Assembly: GCA_964016885.1 (NCBI GenBank) | Contig: OZ024741.1 | Coordinates: forward strand, 72,912,001-72,976,000 | DNA from: Eledone cirrhosa | Lineage: Eukaryota | Reading direction: 5' to 3' | Length of the DNA: 64,000 nucleotides | In this document: piece by piece, positions 10,403 through 23,743 of the stretch | Position numbering within the stretch: the stretch's first letter is position 1 | Layout of the letters: every line of letters begins with the position of its first letter | Made by a program: the position numbers and the translations under genes | Notes under the pieces: generated by a model | Told to the model about the DNA's origin: nothing | The model's input: only the letters and a program-made list of their open reading frames with translations | The model's database searches: none

Positions 10403-13400
10403 ATGACCTCACTCAGAATAGGCAGTATAAATGCGCGTGGCTTGGGGTCGTCATGGAAGATCTCAGGTCACTAAACATAGATGTAGTGGCCATCAGCGAG
10501 ACCAGAATCTCCGAAGCACGGGCCTTCGCACCGATCTTCGGCGGCTACGATGTGTACGCATCTCCCAGCCGTCCTGGATTCGGGGGGGGGGGGGGGGGAG
10601 TTAGTGTGCTTTTTCGGAGAGGTTTGGATCTCACCATACAGGCCATCTTCCTGGACCCAGAAGGTAAGTTGGTGGTGCTGGACGTGACCAGCGGAGACGG
10701 GCAAGCTTTCAGGCTAGTGGGCGTCTATGCCCCGACAGGAGCAGGGCGGCCTGATTTCTTCCGGCGTCTGGAGACCTTTCTAGTGTTAGTGGGTGACTGG
10801 AACGGGATCTTAGATGCACGCTGGGACTGTGTGGGATTAGCGGATAGGGGAGGGGGGTGCAAGAGCCTCACCAACCTGCTCAGGCTTTTTGAACTGTCTG
10901 ACAGGTACCGATTGGATTTCCCGAATGTGCCAATGTGGACTTGGACAAACCGCATCGGGTCATCCAGATCATATCTAGATAGAGTATTTTATAGGGAAAT
11001 AGATAGGTCTAGCATAGGCTGTCCACAATTCAAGATAGTCAGCTACACGGACCACAAATTCGTGATCTGTGTGCTTGACTTAGATAGGCTTCATAGACGA
11101 GGACCCGGCTACTGGAAGCTAAACGCGTCGTTAACCAATGCGCAAGTCCTACAGAGACCGGATTAGCGAACTAGTTAAGCGAGTGTTGGCGGGGGCCATC
11201 GTCAACAACAAGTGGTGGTTTGCTCTGAAAAGAGCAATTAGAATAGAGTCCATTAGGTTTAGTAAGGCTTTAGCAATAGAGAAAAATAGAGCAGAGGGAG
11301 AATTGGTTAGAAAATTAGACGAGGCGCTTTGCAAAGGCATCGCGACCGACGTACATGCGGCGAAATTGTCCCTTGACCAATTCTTCAATGCAAAGCACGA
11401 AGGCTGCGTTGTCAGAGCTAGGGTGCGTGCTCTCAGACACGAGGGGACGAAAGCCGTTCAATGGGCCCGAGTGGCGGAGGCGCGTCGTGGCAACAAAGCC
11501 ACGATCCGGTCTTTGGTGGACCACGACGGGCGCATGCTACTCGATCCCGGGAAAATATGTGAAGCTTTTCAGCGACACTTCGCTCAGCTGTTCGGGGGCA
11601 GTGGCGGGCCGGATCGAGGGATGGACTTTAATGTCTACCTCGACGGACTGTCGCGGCTCTCGGCCACTGAGGCGGAGTGTTGCGAAAAGTCGATAACAGC
11701 CGCTGAAGTACGGGAGGCAATGACTGGCTGCACAAGGGGTAAATCGCCTGGTTTGGATGGTCTGCCCTATGAACTTTACGTACAAATGCCAGACTTGTTC
11801 GGAGGCCTCTTGGCGGACGTCTACCGCAACTGGCAACAGAACGGGAGAATTCCCAGCTCTGTGAGCCGAGGAGCGGTGGCGGTGCTGAGAAAGGATCCGA
11901 ACAAGGGTGATAACATAGATAATTTTAGGCCCATAACTCTGCTAAACACAGAGTTCAAGATTTTGGCCAAGGTGCTAGCAAAGAAGTTGGCGCTTGTCGT
12001 TGGTGGTCTGGTGGGAGAGGCGCAGACATGCGCCATTCCCGACAGATCCATCTACGACAACCTCCACCTCATGCGATACATCGTAGAGAGGGTAGCTAGG
12101 GAACCTGGCACGGGTGGGTCTTTGATAAATTTAGATCAGTCGAAAGCTTTCGATAGGGTCGACCATCGTTACCTAGCGGCAGTCCTGAGGGCGGATGGCT
12201 TTGGGACCGTCTTCAGAGGCTGGATCGCTGCCATGCACAGCGACATCTGCTCTGTGGTGAGAGTGAACGGTCACCTTTCGGAACCGTTCAACATCATGCG
12301 CTTGGTCCGCCAAGGATGTCCCCTCTCGTCCCTCTTGTACGTATTGACTCTCAAGCCATTACTGCACAAACTGGAGACGTTGAGGGTGGGGGGGGGGGTT
12401 CCGCGCCAACTAGGATGCGGAAGATCCGTGTCAGCATATGCGGACGATGTCACCGTAGTGGTGTTGAACGCCAAACACATCGAGGCGATCGGCACTACAC
12501 TAAGAGAATACGAAGCGGTGACAGCAGCAATGATCAACCAGGAAAAGTCAGTGGGCCTGCAGCTCGGCACCTGGAGAGGCAGGTCCATGCCGTCCAACAG
12601 CGTCGTCGGGCGCTGGACGGACGGACCAGTTAAATTGCTCGGGGTCTGGTTCGTTCCGGATCTCCAGACGGACAAAAACTGGGACGAGGTGACGAGCAGG
12701 GTGGCTTCTCTCACCCAGAAATGGGCGGAGAGGAAGCTATCCCGGAAAGGTCGAGCGGAGGTGACTAACGCGTACATCGCGTCCGTCATCTACTACCGTC
12801 TGACCGTTGTACCTTGTCCTAAGCCCCGCCTGACTGCGCTGGAGTGTTTTCTCTTTCGCTTTTTGTGGAAGGAACGCCTGGAGACTGGAATGTCGTCAGG
12901 CGCTCACAGCCCTCGACCAATCGGGCAATGTGATCGGTGGAAACTCCACATTGGCGTTCTATAGAGGATTAGTGGAGGGGAAGAGCGACGACGTACTTGG
13001 AGAAACTCTAGGCGTCGACGAAAATCAACTAGCCAATCTCTTCGGAAGAACTTTCGGGCCGGGGCCTATGGACAACTTCCAGAAATCCCTGGCCTGGCAG
13101 TGCTACCGAGGAGCTTTGCCAGTTCGGGATAAACTCTACAGGCATGGAGGTGCCGTCAGCCGGGCATGTCCGAGATGCGCGCAGGGCGACGAAACCGTCC
13201 TGCACGCACTCCTCCAGTGTCCTAGCATTGCTGACTTGTGGGTTTATGTCGAACACCTGCTGTCATGTGTAGGACGGAACCAGCTGTCAGCTGAGTCCAT
13301 CGTGAGGATTACCCCGCCCTCTTCCTTTAGCCGGGAAGGGCAGGCAGTTTTTATCTGTCTGGTGGCCATGGCGAAAGAGATAGTATGGTGGACACGTCTG

Positions 13401-13583
13401 GAAGGGCTGAAGACGAGCACTTACCTCTTCGGTGATGCCCTGATTAACTTTTTCAAATTTCATTTGAAAAGGAAAATCAGGGTAGAGAGGGAAGTGCTCT
13501 CTTCCCAGCATTTTGTTGAAAGATGGGTGAGAGAAGCAAGTATGGCCCGAATGAATGGGCCTTCTCTGAGTATGTGTCTGTAA
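10403..13583 (+). pseudogene. Tx1 ORF2 (APE-RT), disrupted
   Basis: Fragments 10369-11166, 11138-12964 and 12930-13583; small deletions near 10460 and 10780, frameshift near 11138, deletion of roughly 200 bp near 12877 relative to the intact copy. Confidence 0.88.
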
Positions 13584-13826
13584 ATTAAAGGTGGAAAACT
13601 GGCAGAGGGCACTTGCCCTGGTGGTCAGGGCCACTGTGGTCTTTTAATGGGCTTTCTCCACAAATGTCCCTTGGAAGTCTCCCCCCTATTGGGGAATTTT
13701 TCTTTGTTATTTTATTTCAACCTCTGTTTTTTTACACGCAGAAATGCCCATTTGTACCGTCCTGTATTGTCCTGTACTGTCCTTAATGTCTACTTTATGT
13801 GAACCCTTGTGTTTAATAAAGAAAAC

Positions 13827-13833
13827 ATTATTA

Positions 13834-13886
<53 letters not shown>
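13827..13886 (+). repeat. (ATT)n tail/target microsatellite
   Basis: Near-perfect ATT run following the Tx1 3'UTR. Confidence 0.95.
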
Positions 13887-14955
13887 TCCTTGGATATCTG
13901 TACATTCACAAACATCCCACTGGGCCTCAACCAGGAGCATGGAGTGAGTGATCGTTCGTTACATTTTCTCCGCACCAGGGTTGGTATTTTGTTGAGAGTT
14001 TGAGAAAGTAACAATGCATCCTATACACACATACACACAGACACACAGACACAGAGAGAATATCATAGATTGAAAAGGTTTATATTCAATATCTACGGAT
14101 ATATATAGTCAGTAAAACCAATTAAGAGTATTTACAGCTTATATATTCCTTTTACAAATCTATGCACATTTAAAGTCGGAATTGAATCCAAAATATAATG
14201 GATAAAGTGTAACCTTTAGACAGTTACAAGAATATCATTTGCTTCATACATGTGCACATTATCTGTTTAAAATTATATTTACAACATAATTATATTCAAT
14301 CCTATAAGAGTGCTCATTATTTCATCATGTTTTAAAAATAATTATTGCGTACTTTTATGACAGTTCTGTGAGTCTTGTGTATGTGCAGTGTTTAGTTTGG
14401 CCTTGTGATCTCTGTTGCATTGCGATTATTTAACATATGTTGTGTTTATTTAATGTAATCTATGTAATGTATGTGTAATACTAAGTAGTTTTCTATAGTG
14501 TATGATGTATATGATGTGTCGAAGGACAATTCAGCATTTACTGTACATTGTTTTAGTTTAAATTTTTTACAGAGCAAGCCTCGCATTTGTTCTTGGAACA
14601 AGCCGACTTCTAGCGTTGGGCTATGCCAATTCGCCGCTTATATGATAACATATAAATTCCATCTCTCTTGTACTCTTTCCATTCATGCAACTTCGTCTTT
14701 CTTTCTTCCCTCCTCTCTTTCTCTGTGTGTGTGTGTTAAAATGAAACTTTGACAAGTTACTCATACCGAAACCAGTTAGTAGATATGATATTTAAATAAT
14801 CATTACTTTTTCTGCAAATGCACCTATGTAAAAAGAACCAAAAAACTATAATTTATTTTATATGAACTAACTACTTATCATTGCGTACTATAACTATAAT
14901 ATATACTATGTCTATGTCTATAAATATAAAAACATTAGGTGCATCTTCAAATCTT

Positions 14956-15518
<563 letters not shown>

Positions 15519-16200
15519 AAACCCCATATTAACTGTAAAAATAGAAATGTAGTATATAGTATAAGATGTACTGAAGGACAATGTAGAGATAAGAATATAG
15601 TGTACATAGGTGAGACAGCCCGTAGTATAGGGGAACAGATAAATGAACACTGGCGAGAGCTTCAAGATAGTAAAGAATCATCTGTACTCCACAAACATGC
15701 TAAAATAGAACATAAGGGTAAATTAGAGAACATGAAATAGAAATAGAATCTACACACAGAAAAGACGCAATGATTAGACAAATCACAGAGACAATAAACA
15801 TAAATGAACTCCAACCAAAATTAAATAGAAAACATGAATGGAACAGCAAAATCACAACTTACAATTAAGGACAAAATGAAAACATACACACACATAGAAG
15901 AAACAACCAACCAGTAACATGTAAATAAACAAATAAACAAATAAACAAATATAAACACACACAGACACCCGGATGTAACACATGCGCAAACTAAGCACAC
16001 AACACACACAAAAACAAGATGGCGTAGGACAGAACAAAGGAGAGGCACACAAACAAAGAAAAGAATCCCCAGTCACTGAAGAGGTCACAGAATGTGTGAC
16101 GAAATAACTTTGACAATATATGAACAATCATCTGGTTGTGGAACCAACCAACCAACCGGATATTTATAAACTCCTAAATTTATAAATTTAATTTATAATA
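15519..16200 (+). mobile_element. Penelope-like element remnant (GIY-YIG endonuclease 3' end + 3' region)
   Basis: Manual translation from 15519 gives [44 protein letters not shown], then after a frameshift near 15735 RQITETININELQPKLNRKHEW; this is the PLE GIY-YIG signature (VVY-x-I-x-C..C..YIGET). Not in the ORF track. Confidence 0.82.
16072..16114 (+). ncRNA. Putative minimal hammerhead ribozyme in the Penelope 3' region
   Basis: GTCA-CTGAAGA-G-GTCACA(GAATG)TGTGAC-GAAA-TAACTT-TGAC: core boxes CUGANGA and GAAA, 6-bp stem II, 4-bp stem I (GTCA/TGAC); stem III is degenerate. Confidence 0.55.
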
Positions 16201-16301
16201 AATTGAAGTGAAAGCAACTGGTGCGTGTGTTTCTTATTGGCAACATGACCCTCCCAAAGTATAACAATATATATATGTATATGTATATATATATGTATAT
16301 A

Positions 16302-16704
16302 TGTAGCAGTGAATAAAATGTATTTTCCTTCTGCGGAGGAATGGTGTTACGGAGGTAAGTTGGCTGAAGTGTGAGCCAATCAAAACCTTCGGCGCACTAA
16401 TTCGACTGTCCAGAACTACGTCACCAGTGTGAGCGGAGGTGACCAAGAGAGTCATTAGTCTACACGCACCTCTCTTATCGACAAGACCAGGCTACACTCA
16501 TCGCTGCTAACAACATCTCCATCTTGCAATGAAGCGGACCAAGCTACATCCTACACATGTAGATACGACCTGTACCTAATGTATCCGTTCAACATGTACG
16601 ACTAATAAATAGAGTTACAACATCGATAATGGATTTAGTCAATGTTCTAAATGCCTTCTGATCTCTATTATGTATATTAAGAATTGACCCTAAAACCCGT
16701 TATA
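16302..16704 (+). repeat. 5' LTR (TGTAGC...GTTATA)
   Basis: Identical by eye to 21822-22224. Confidence 0.95.
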
Positions 16705-16706
16705 AA

Positions 16707-16724
16707 TGGTGACCTCGACGTGAT
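16707..16724 (+). promoter_or_regulatory. Primer binding site, tRNA-Trp-like
   Basis: TGGTGACCTCGACGTGAT lies 2 nt after the LTR; 17/18 match to the complement of the eukaryotic tRNA-Trp 3' end as I recall it (TGGTGACCCCGACGTGAT). Confidence 0.8.
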
Positions 16725-17553
16725 ACGATACAACAAATCACATTATAAATGGTGACCCGAACGTTTAAGGACATCAACACAGAAGAAACCACATCTTTCC
16801 GTTGCAACGAACACATCAACATTTCGCATCCCGAAAGAAAAGAAAAAAAATAAGGAAGATGGAGACGAATACAGACACACACGTGTTAACATTTTGTTCA
16901 CTAACAAAAATAAGGAAGATGGAGACAAATCCAAACACACGTGGTAACATGTTGTTCGCTAACAAATTTTCAACGCACCTCAATTGCCAACATTTGATAA
17001 CCGACGACTAAAAAAAACAAAAAACAAAAAAAAAAAACAAAGCCACTCGCCTTTTCTCGGGGTATGTACGCGATTAGCGTGAGTCCTAATATGTATTTGA
17101 TATATTGTCTTATTGTTACTAAATCTGCACATCGCACCTTCACTTTCTAACATCACCGAACACATGCGTTAATACAAAAATCTTATTTTTCCCTCTCAAT
17201 TTCTGATTGGGCGACGCTATATAAAAAAAAAAAAAAAACTGTTGGTGCTGATAGCCGGTCAGAGCAAGATGGCCGACTTCCGTCTTCTTCAGCTGTTTTC
17301 CCGCCAAAACGACGGAGGCAACGCCATTTTGAAAAGTACACAAAAAAAAAAAAATAATAATAGGACAAAGATAAATCATAATTTTTTTTTTAAAGCTTGA
17401 CGTTTTTCCCTCCAACATTGTTTTTGATACATTTTTCTTTTTCTGTCCTTCACTCGGATTATATTTTTTCTTGGCCTGAATTTTCACTTTTGTCTCGGTG
17501 ACAAGTGCAGAGTTGTCCTTTCTTTGCCCTTTGCTTTTACATCAGTATACACA

Positions 17554-18462
17554 ATGGGTAGCACTTCATTGCCACCGTTTACCGGTGACGTCACTGTCTG
17601 GTTCGCCCAGATAGAAGCACATTTCACAGCGAATAACATCACCAGTGACCACAGACAGTTAAATCTCCTGTTAAGCGCTTTTCCAGCGTCATTGACGTCG
17701 GTCGTCAAAGACTTAATTACCGATCCTCGCCTTGGGGCCTCCTATGAGAGCGTGAAGCTCGAAGTGTTGCGGCGGACCACATTGTCCGCAGAAAAAAAAT
17801 TTCAGACGCTCGTCAATGACGAACATTTGGGTGATCGGACGCCCACACAACTACTGCGTCGGATGAGAGAGCTGGCGGAAGATGCCCCAGCTAACAGTGC
17901 CCTCCTTAGACAGCTTTTTGTCTCAAGGCTACCCCCCGGAGTTCAGGCGATCTTAGCGCCCATGATGGAGGCTGCTCCTGTCGACCAGCTAGCGGCTTCG
18001 GCCGACAGGGTTATGAGTGTCATCGGACACCCAGCCTCATTTGCCCCCTTCCAGGCACCTTAGCCACCGGCTGCGGTCAATCCGTTCTCTCCTGCCTCCT
18101 TCCAGGCACCTCAGCCACCGGCTGCGGTCAATCCGTTCGCTCCTGTCTCCTTCAATGTATCCCAGCCGCCGACTGCGGTCGCTTCCTTCACTCCAGCGGC
18201 TGCCAGTTATACCGACCAGTCACTTGCAAATGCAGCAATGCTGCAAGCAATAGAGCAGCTAACCAAGGAAGTGAGAAAACTAAGCACTCACAGGGCTCAT
18301 TCGCCCAGACGCCGTTTCCAGAGCCGTTCACCCTCGCCACGACGCCGTCACACAAGCAGTTCAGGTTTGTGTTACTACCACAGCCGTTTTGGCGCAGCAG
18401 CACTCTCCTGTAATCAGCCTTGTACATTTTCAGACCAGGGAAACAGATTTCAGGAGACCTGA
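17554..18462 (+). pseudogene. gag: Gypsy gag with premature TAG at 18061-18063
   Basis: LPPF..WFAQIEAHF, LGDRTPTQLLRRM and C-terminal CYYHSRFG...C..PC; the frame continues after the TAG (ORF 18238-18462). Confidence 0.85.
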
Positions 18463-21400
18463 GCACGGCACAGTCTCCTCTGACCCTCCCTAATAACCGT
18501 GTGTTTTTCATCACAGACACTGAGTCGCAAGCACCTTGTCTGATCGACACCAGCGCGGCTTGTAGCATTTGGCCGCTAAAACTTCTCAAAGAGAAGCCCC
18601 AACTCTCAACCGTCTCTCTGCAAGCAGTAAACCAGTCACCGATCCCCACGTACGGTCAGATTTCTCGTTCTTTGAACCTAGAATTGCGTAGAGATTTCAC
18701 GTGGATCTTTACTGTTGCTGATCTGCCTTACCCCATCCTAGGCTCAGATTTCCTGCACCACTATAACTTGATAGTGGATATGCGCAGACGCCGGTTGTTG
18801 GATGCCAACACAGAACTGTCTGTGCCGGGTACCAGATCGACTGTCTCGTCGGTCAGCCCGGTCTTCTTTATCGCTGCTACAGAAGATCCTTACCAATCAC
18901 TTTTGCATTCCTTCCCGGAATTAACAAATTTGAATTTTGTGATGAGTGAGCCTACTCACTCCACCAAGCACCACATTGAAACATCCGGAGCTCCTGTGTT
19001 TTCGCGCCCTCGCCGTCTCTCTGCTGATAAACTGAAGGCCGCAAAGGCTGAATTCAATCACATGCTGCAGCTCGGGATCATTCGCCCATCCTCAAACCCG
19101 TGGGCCGCACCCTTGCATTTGGTACCAAAGCGTTCCGGTGATTGGCGTCCCACTGGGGACTTTCGCCGGTTAAATGCAATGACGGTACCCGACCGCTACC
19201 CGATACCACACATACAGGATTTTGCATCTTCGCTGCATGGATGCAACATATTCTCCAAATTGGATTTGGTCAAAGCATACCACCAAATCCCGGTGAACCC
19301 GGCAGACATACCTAAAACTGCAGTAACAACTCCATTTGGAGCGTTTGAATTTTTGACCATGCTTTTCGGTTTGCGAAACGCAGCCAGCACGTTCCAACGA
19401 TTTATGGATGAAGTTGTGCGCGATTTAGACTTCGTGTACAACTACATCGACGACATTCTTGTGGCAAGTGCCTCACCTGAGGAACATGTCACTCACCTCC
19501 GTCTCCTGTTCGAGAGATTTCAAAAATACCAAGTGAGAATTAATCCGGCAAAATGTGTTTTCGGTGCTTCCTCACTTGTCTTCTTGGGCCATGTCATCAG
19601 CCCAGAAGGAATTTCGCCACTACCTGATAAAGTGAAAGCGGTACAAGACCTCCAACCACCCTCTTCACTTCATCAACTACGACATTTCCTTGGGCTACTG
19701 AACTATTACAGGCGCTTTATCCCACACTGTGCGGATCTCCTGTCTCCTCTGTCCGACCTGTTACGTAACAAGAAAAAGAAGAACGATTCCATTTCATTGG
19801 ACACGAATCAGCTAAAAGCCTTCGACGAAGTGAAGCGGAAGCTTGCGGAGACATCACTGCTTGCACATCCTGTGTCTGGTGCCCAGTTTTCACTGGTTGT
19901 TGATGCATCAGGCACAGCTGTAGGTGCAGTACTGCAACAACATCACCAACAACAGTTACAACCTCTTGCCTACTTTTCTAAACAGCTGAAGCCTGCAGAA
20001 ACACGGTATAGCACATTCGGCCGTGAACTCTTGGCTATGTACCTTGCAGTGAAACACTTTCGGCATTCACTGGAGGGTCGCCAATTTGTTATATACACTG
20101 ACCACCGTCCGCTTACGTTCGCACTGCGTTCTAAGCCGGACAAATATTCACCTCGCGAAACTCGCCACTTGGACTTCGTTTCGCAATTTACCAGCGATAT
20201 CCGACACATCTCTGGTGAACAGAATGCGGCGGCAGATGCACTGTCTCGCCTCCCAATTAATTCCCTGTCATCGCCAGCGGAAATCGACCTCCAACGAATG
20301 GCCACAGAACAACCACCTCTGGATACTTTGGACCTCTCGTCTTCTGAATTTGCAACTGGCAAATTTGCATATCTGCCTGTGCCCACTTCGGACACACAGA
20401 TTATCTGCGACACCTCGACAGATGCACCTCGCCCGCTAGTGCCAGTGACTCATCGTCGAGCAGTTTTCGACACCTTGCACGGTCTGGCACACCCTGGAAT
20501 ATCGACCACAGTGAAGCTCATTTCGGCTAGATTCTTCTGGCCTAATATGAGGCGTGACATCACTGCCTGGACACGTTCCTGCCTATCCTGCCAAAAGTCA
20601 AAGGTGCACAAACACATCCGCGCACCCCTTGGAACTTTCAGCACTCCAGACGCTCGGTTCAGCCATGTCCATATAGATCTTGTCGGACCATGGCCGGTCA
20701 GCCGAGGATTTACATACCTCCTGACCTGCATAGATCGCTTCACACGTTGGCCTGAAGCCATTCCTTTAAGTGACATTTCGGCGGAATCTGTGGCGCTAGC
20801 CCTAGTATCGGGTTGGATATCGCGTTACGGAGTTCCAGCCACTATCACCACTGACCGCGGTGGACAATTTGAGTCACACCTTTTCCGAGAGCTTTCAAGG
20901 ATCCTGGGAATGCAACGCATTCGAACGACCAGCTACCATCCAGCTTCTAACGGAATGATTGAACGCTTCCACCGCCAATTGAAAGCCGCACTGCGCGCTT
21001 ATCCGGATCAGCAGCGGTGGAGCGAATATGTACCAATTGTCCTCCTGGGCTGTCGTGCAGCCATCAAGGAAGATCTAGGCTACTCCCCCGCCGAGTTGGT
21101 TTACGGAGTGCCTATATCTCTGCCTGGTCAGATGTTAGCTCCATTGGACCTACCAGCAACAGACCTAGCTCTGTATGTGAGCAGACTGCAATCATATTTC
21201 AGCAATCTTCCGCCTATGCACCCTCGCCAACAGACAATCAAATCTTCGGTCCCGAAAGACATTGCTTCATGGACCCACGTCTTTTTACGAAAGGACGCCG
21301 TGAGAGCTCCTCTCATGCCACCTTATACCGGTCCCTATCGCGTGCTTGAGCGCACAGATAAGCTATTCACCCTAGACATTGGGGGTAAAAAAGAGACTGT

Positions 21401-21599
21401 GTCCATTGACAGGGTAAAACGGGCCTATACAGACACTCTCACACAAGAGCCCCATTTTCCCCCCACATACACCTGGCATCAGCCAAGCCACAATACACAT
21501 ATAACATCGCACACACCTACACCTACATATGTCACCACCACACGTAGCGGTCGGCGAGTACATTGGCCCAAGAAGCTTTGCAAGACTCTTTATTTATGA
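18420..21599 (+). CDS. pol: Gypsy pol polyprotein (protease, RT, RNase H, integrase with GPY/F)
   Basis: LIDTSA (PR), YIDDIL (RT), VDASG (RH), H-x3-H..C-x2-C, D,D(35)E region and PYTGPY; open for 1059 codons. Confidence 0.93.
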   Translation: MYIFRPGKQISGDLSTAQSPLTLPNNRVFFITDTESQAPCLIDTSAACSIWPLKLLKEKPQLSTVSLQAVNQSPIPTYGQISRSLNLELRRDFTWIFTVADLPYPILGSDFLHHYNLIVDMRRRRLLDANTELSVPGTRSTVSSVSPVFFIAATEDPYQSLLHSFPELTNLNFVMSEPTHSTKHHIETSGAPVFSRPRRLSADKLKAAKAEFNHMLQLGIIRPSSNPWAAPLHLVPKRSGDWRPTGDFRRLNAMTVPDRYPIPHIQDFASSLHGCNIFSKLDLVKAYHQIPVNPADIPKTAVTTPFGAFEFLTMLFGLRNAASTFQRFMDEVVRDLDFVYNYIDDILVASASPEEHVTHLRLLFERFQKYQVRINPAKCVFGASSLVFLGHVISPEGISPLPDKVKAVQDLQPPSSLHQLRHFLGLLNYYRRFIPHCADLLSPLSDLLRNKKKKNDSISLDTNQLKAFDEVKRKLAETSLLAHPVSGAQFSLVVDASGTAVGAVLQQHHQQQLQPLAYFSKQLKPAETRYSTFGRELLAMYLAVKHFRHSLEGRQFVIYTDHRPLTFALRSKPDKYSPRETRHLDFVSQFTSDIRHISGEQNAAADALSRLPINSLSSPAEIDLQRMATEQPPLDTLDLSSSEFATGKFAYLPVPTSDTQIICDTSTDAPRPLVPVTHRRAVFDTLHGLAHPGISTTVKLISARFFWPNMRRDITAWTRSCLSCQKSKVHKHIRAPLGTFSTPDARFSHVHIDLVGPWPVSRGFTYLLTCIDRFTRWPEAIPLSDISAESVALALVSGWISRYGVPATITTDRGGQFESHLFRELSRILGMQRIRTTSYHPASNGMIERFHRQLKAALRAYPDQQRWSEYVPIVLLGCRAAIKEDLGYSPAELVYGVPISLPGQMLAPLDLPATDLALYVSRLQSYFSNLPPMHPRQQTIKSSVPKDIASWTHVFLRKDAVRAPLMPPYTGPYRVLERTDKLFTLDIGGKKETVSIDRVKRAYTDTLTQEPHFPPTYTWHQPSHNTHITSHTPTPTYVTTTRSGRRVHWPKKLCKTLYL
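18438..18444 (+). promoter_or_regulatory. -1 ribosomal frameshift slippery heptamer G GGA AAC at the gag/pol overlap
   Basis: X-XXY-YYZ heptamer in the gag frame (CAG GGA AAC); pol is open in the -1 frame from here. Confidence 0.7.
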
Positions 21600-21808
21600 A
21601 CTATGTTATTTACAGCAATCTTCTTGGAGTTTGCTCCGCCCTTGTATTTGTATTAAATGTATGAGCTAAGGTGAACATTACACTATTTCTGACTTTCCTG
21701 TAATATGAACATTTCTTTATCAGTGATATATTTTATTGTGTTTACTATTATATAGTACTTTTTCTTTCATTCAACTGCTACCCTTATTTCTCTGTCGGCT
21801 GTAAGCCT

Positions 21809-21821
21809 AAGCAGGGGGTGA
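21809..21821 (+). promoter_or_regulatory. Polypurine tract
   Basis: AAGCAGGGGGTGA directly before the 3' LTR. Confidence 0.75.
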
Positions 21822-22586
<765 letters not shown>

Positions 22587-23305
22587 CTAGTATAGAGATA
22601 AAACAAAAATTTAATACATATATACATGTAACAGTTCACAATGCTGGAGAACTGAGTATGCTAAAAGTCACAATCTCCTTCAGCATGGAACATACGCTTC
22701 CATCTCCAGATTCGAACTTTAAGCAAAACTCGAAAGCCAAACTTTCTAACAACATCAAACGAGTTACTTTCACTTTTATAAAGTTTAACGAAAGACAGCA
22801 TTTCCTTCGTTATGTTCGGCCAATGCTTTAATTGGTACTTGAAGTTGACGAGTGTTTGGTCACAGTGGAATAGCCCGGTCATTCTCAGTCCTTTTATCCT
22901 CGTCCATTATACATAGCCGCCGGGCAGCAGAAGGAGCGGGAAGAAACAGCCTGCACCCTACGTTGCCGAAAGGAAAACGACGCGGGCGATATTCACAATA
23001 GACTCGGATGACAGCCGGAGCTGTGCTACACGTGATAGTAAATACGAACAATGGTTTCTGAAACGGGAGCAAGAGACCACAAATTAAGGAGGAGCAAAAG
23101 GTTTAATTTAGGGGGCGGGCCACTAAATTACGGGACAGGATACAATCAATTAAATTGACCCTCGTATTTCAATGATGAAAAAAGTATTAAAAGAGAAGTC
23201 AACCTCAGCGAAATTTGAACGTAACAAGATACGACGCTTATTTATTTTATCCACTTTTCATTCGTCTGTCTCTCAATAATAATAACAATAATAACGATAT
23301 TAGCA

Positions 23306-23604
23306 ACACACACAGACACACACACATGCACACACACACGCACATACAGACACTCACACATACACACACATGCACACACATACATAGACACACACACACA
23401 CACACACACTCACATGCACACACACATAGACACACGCACATAGATACACACACACACACACACATGCACACACACACACAGACACACACATAGACACTCC
23501 TACACACACACTCACACGCACACTCCTACACACACACACACACACACAGACAGACACACACACACACATGCACACACACACATGCACACACACACATCTA
23601 CACA
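23306..23604. repeat. Imperfect (CA)n microsatellite
   Basis: Read directly. Confidence 0.93.
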
Positions 23605-23743
23605 GGGTTGTACTAACACAACTATAGAAAACACCACCACCATTATCATCAAAATAATATCAACAACAACAACAAAATAATAATGAGCAGAAGGAGAAGA
23701 ATATTGGTAAAAATATCAAATAACGAATAATAATAATAATAAT

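Larger units (their letters stand above)
8021..13826 (+). mobile_element. Full-length Tx1-clade LINE, subfamily B (ORF1 open, ORF2 disrupted)
   Basis: Starts GAATGCCATGGTTGACGG, the same as the copies ending at 32280 and 42107; ORF1 + ORF2 + 3'UTR; (ATT)n flanks. Confidence 0.93.

Noticed and set aside
1-13886. Telomeric retrotransposon array
   Set aside because: No TTAGGG-type repeats; the arrays are interstitial and occur in both orientations.
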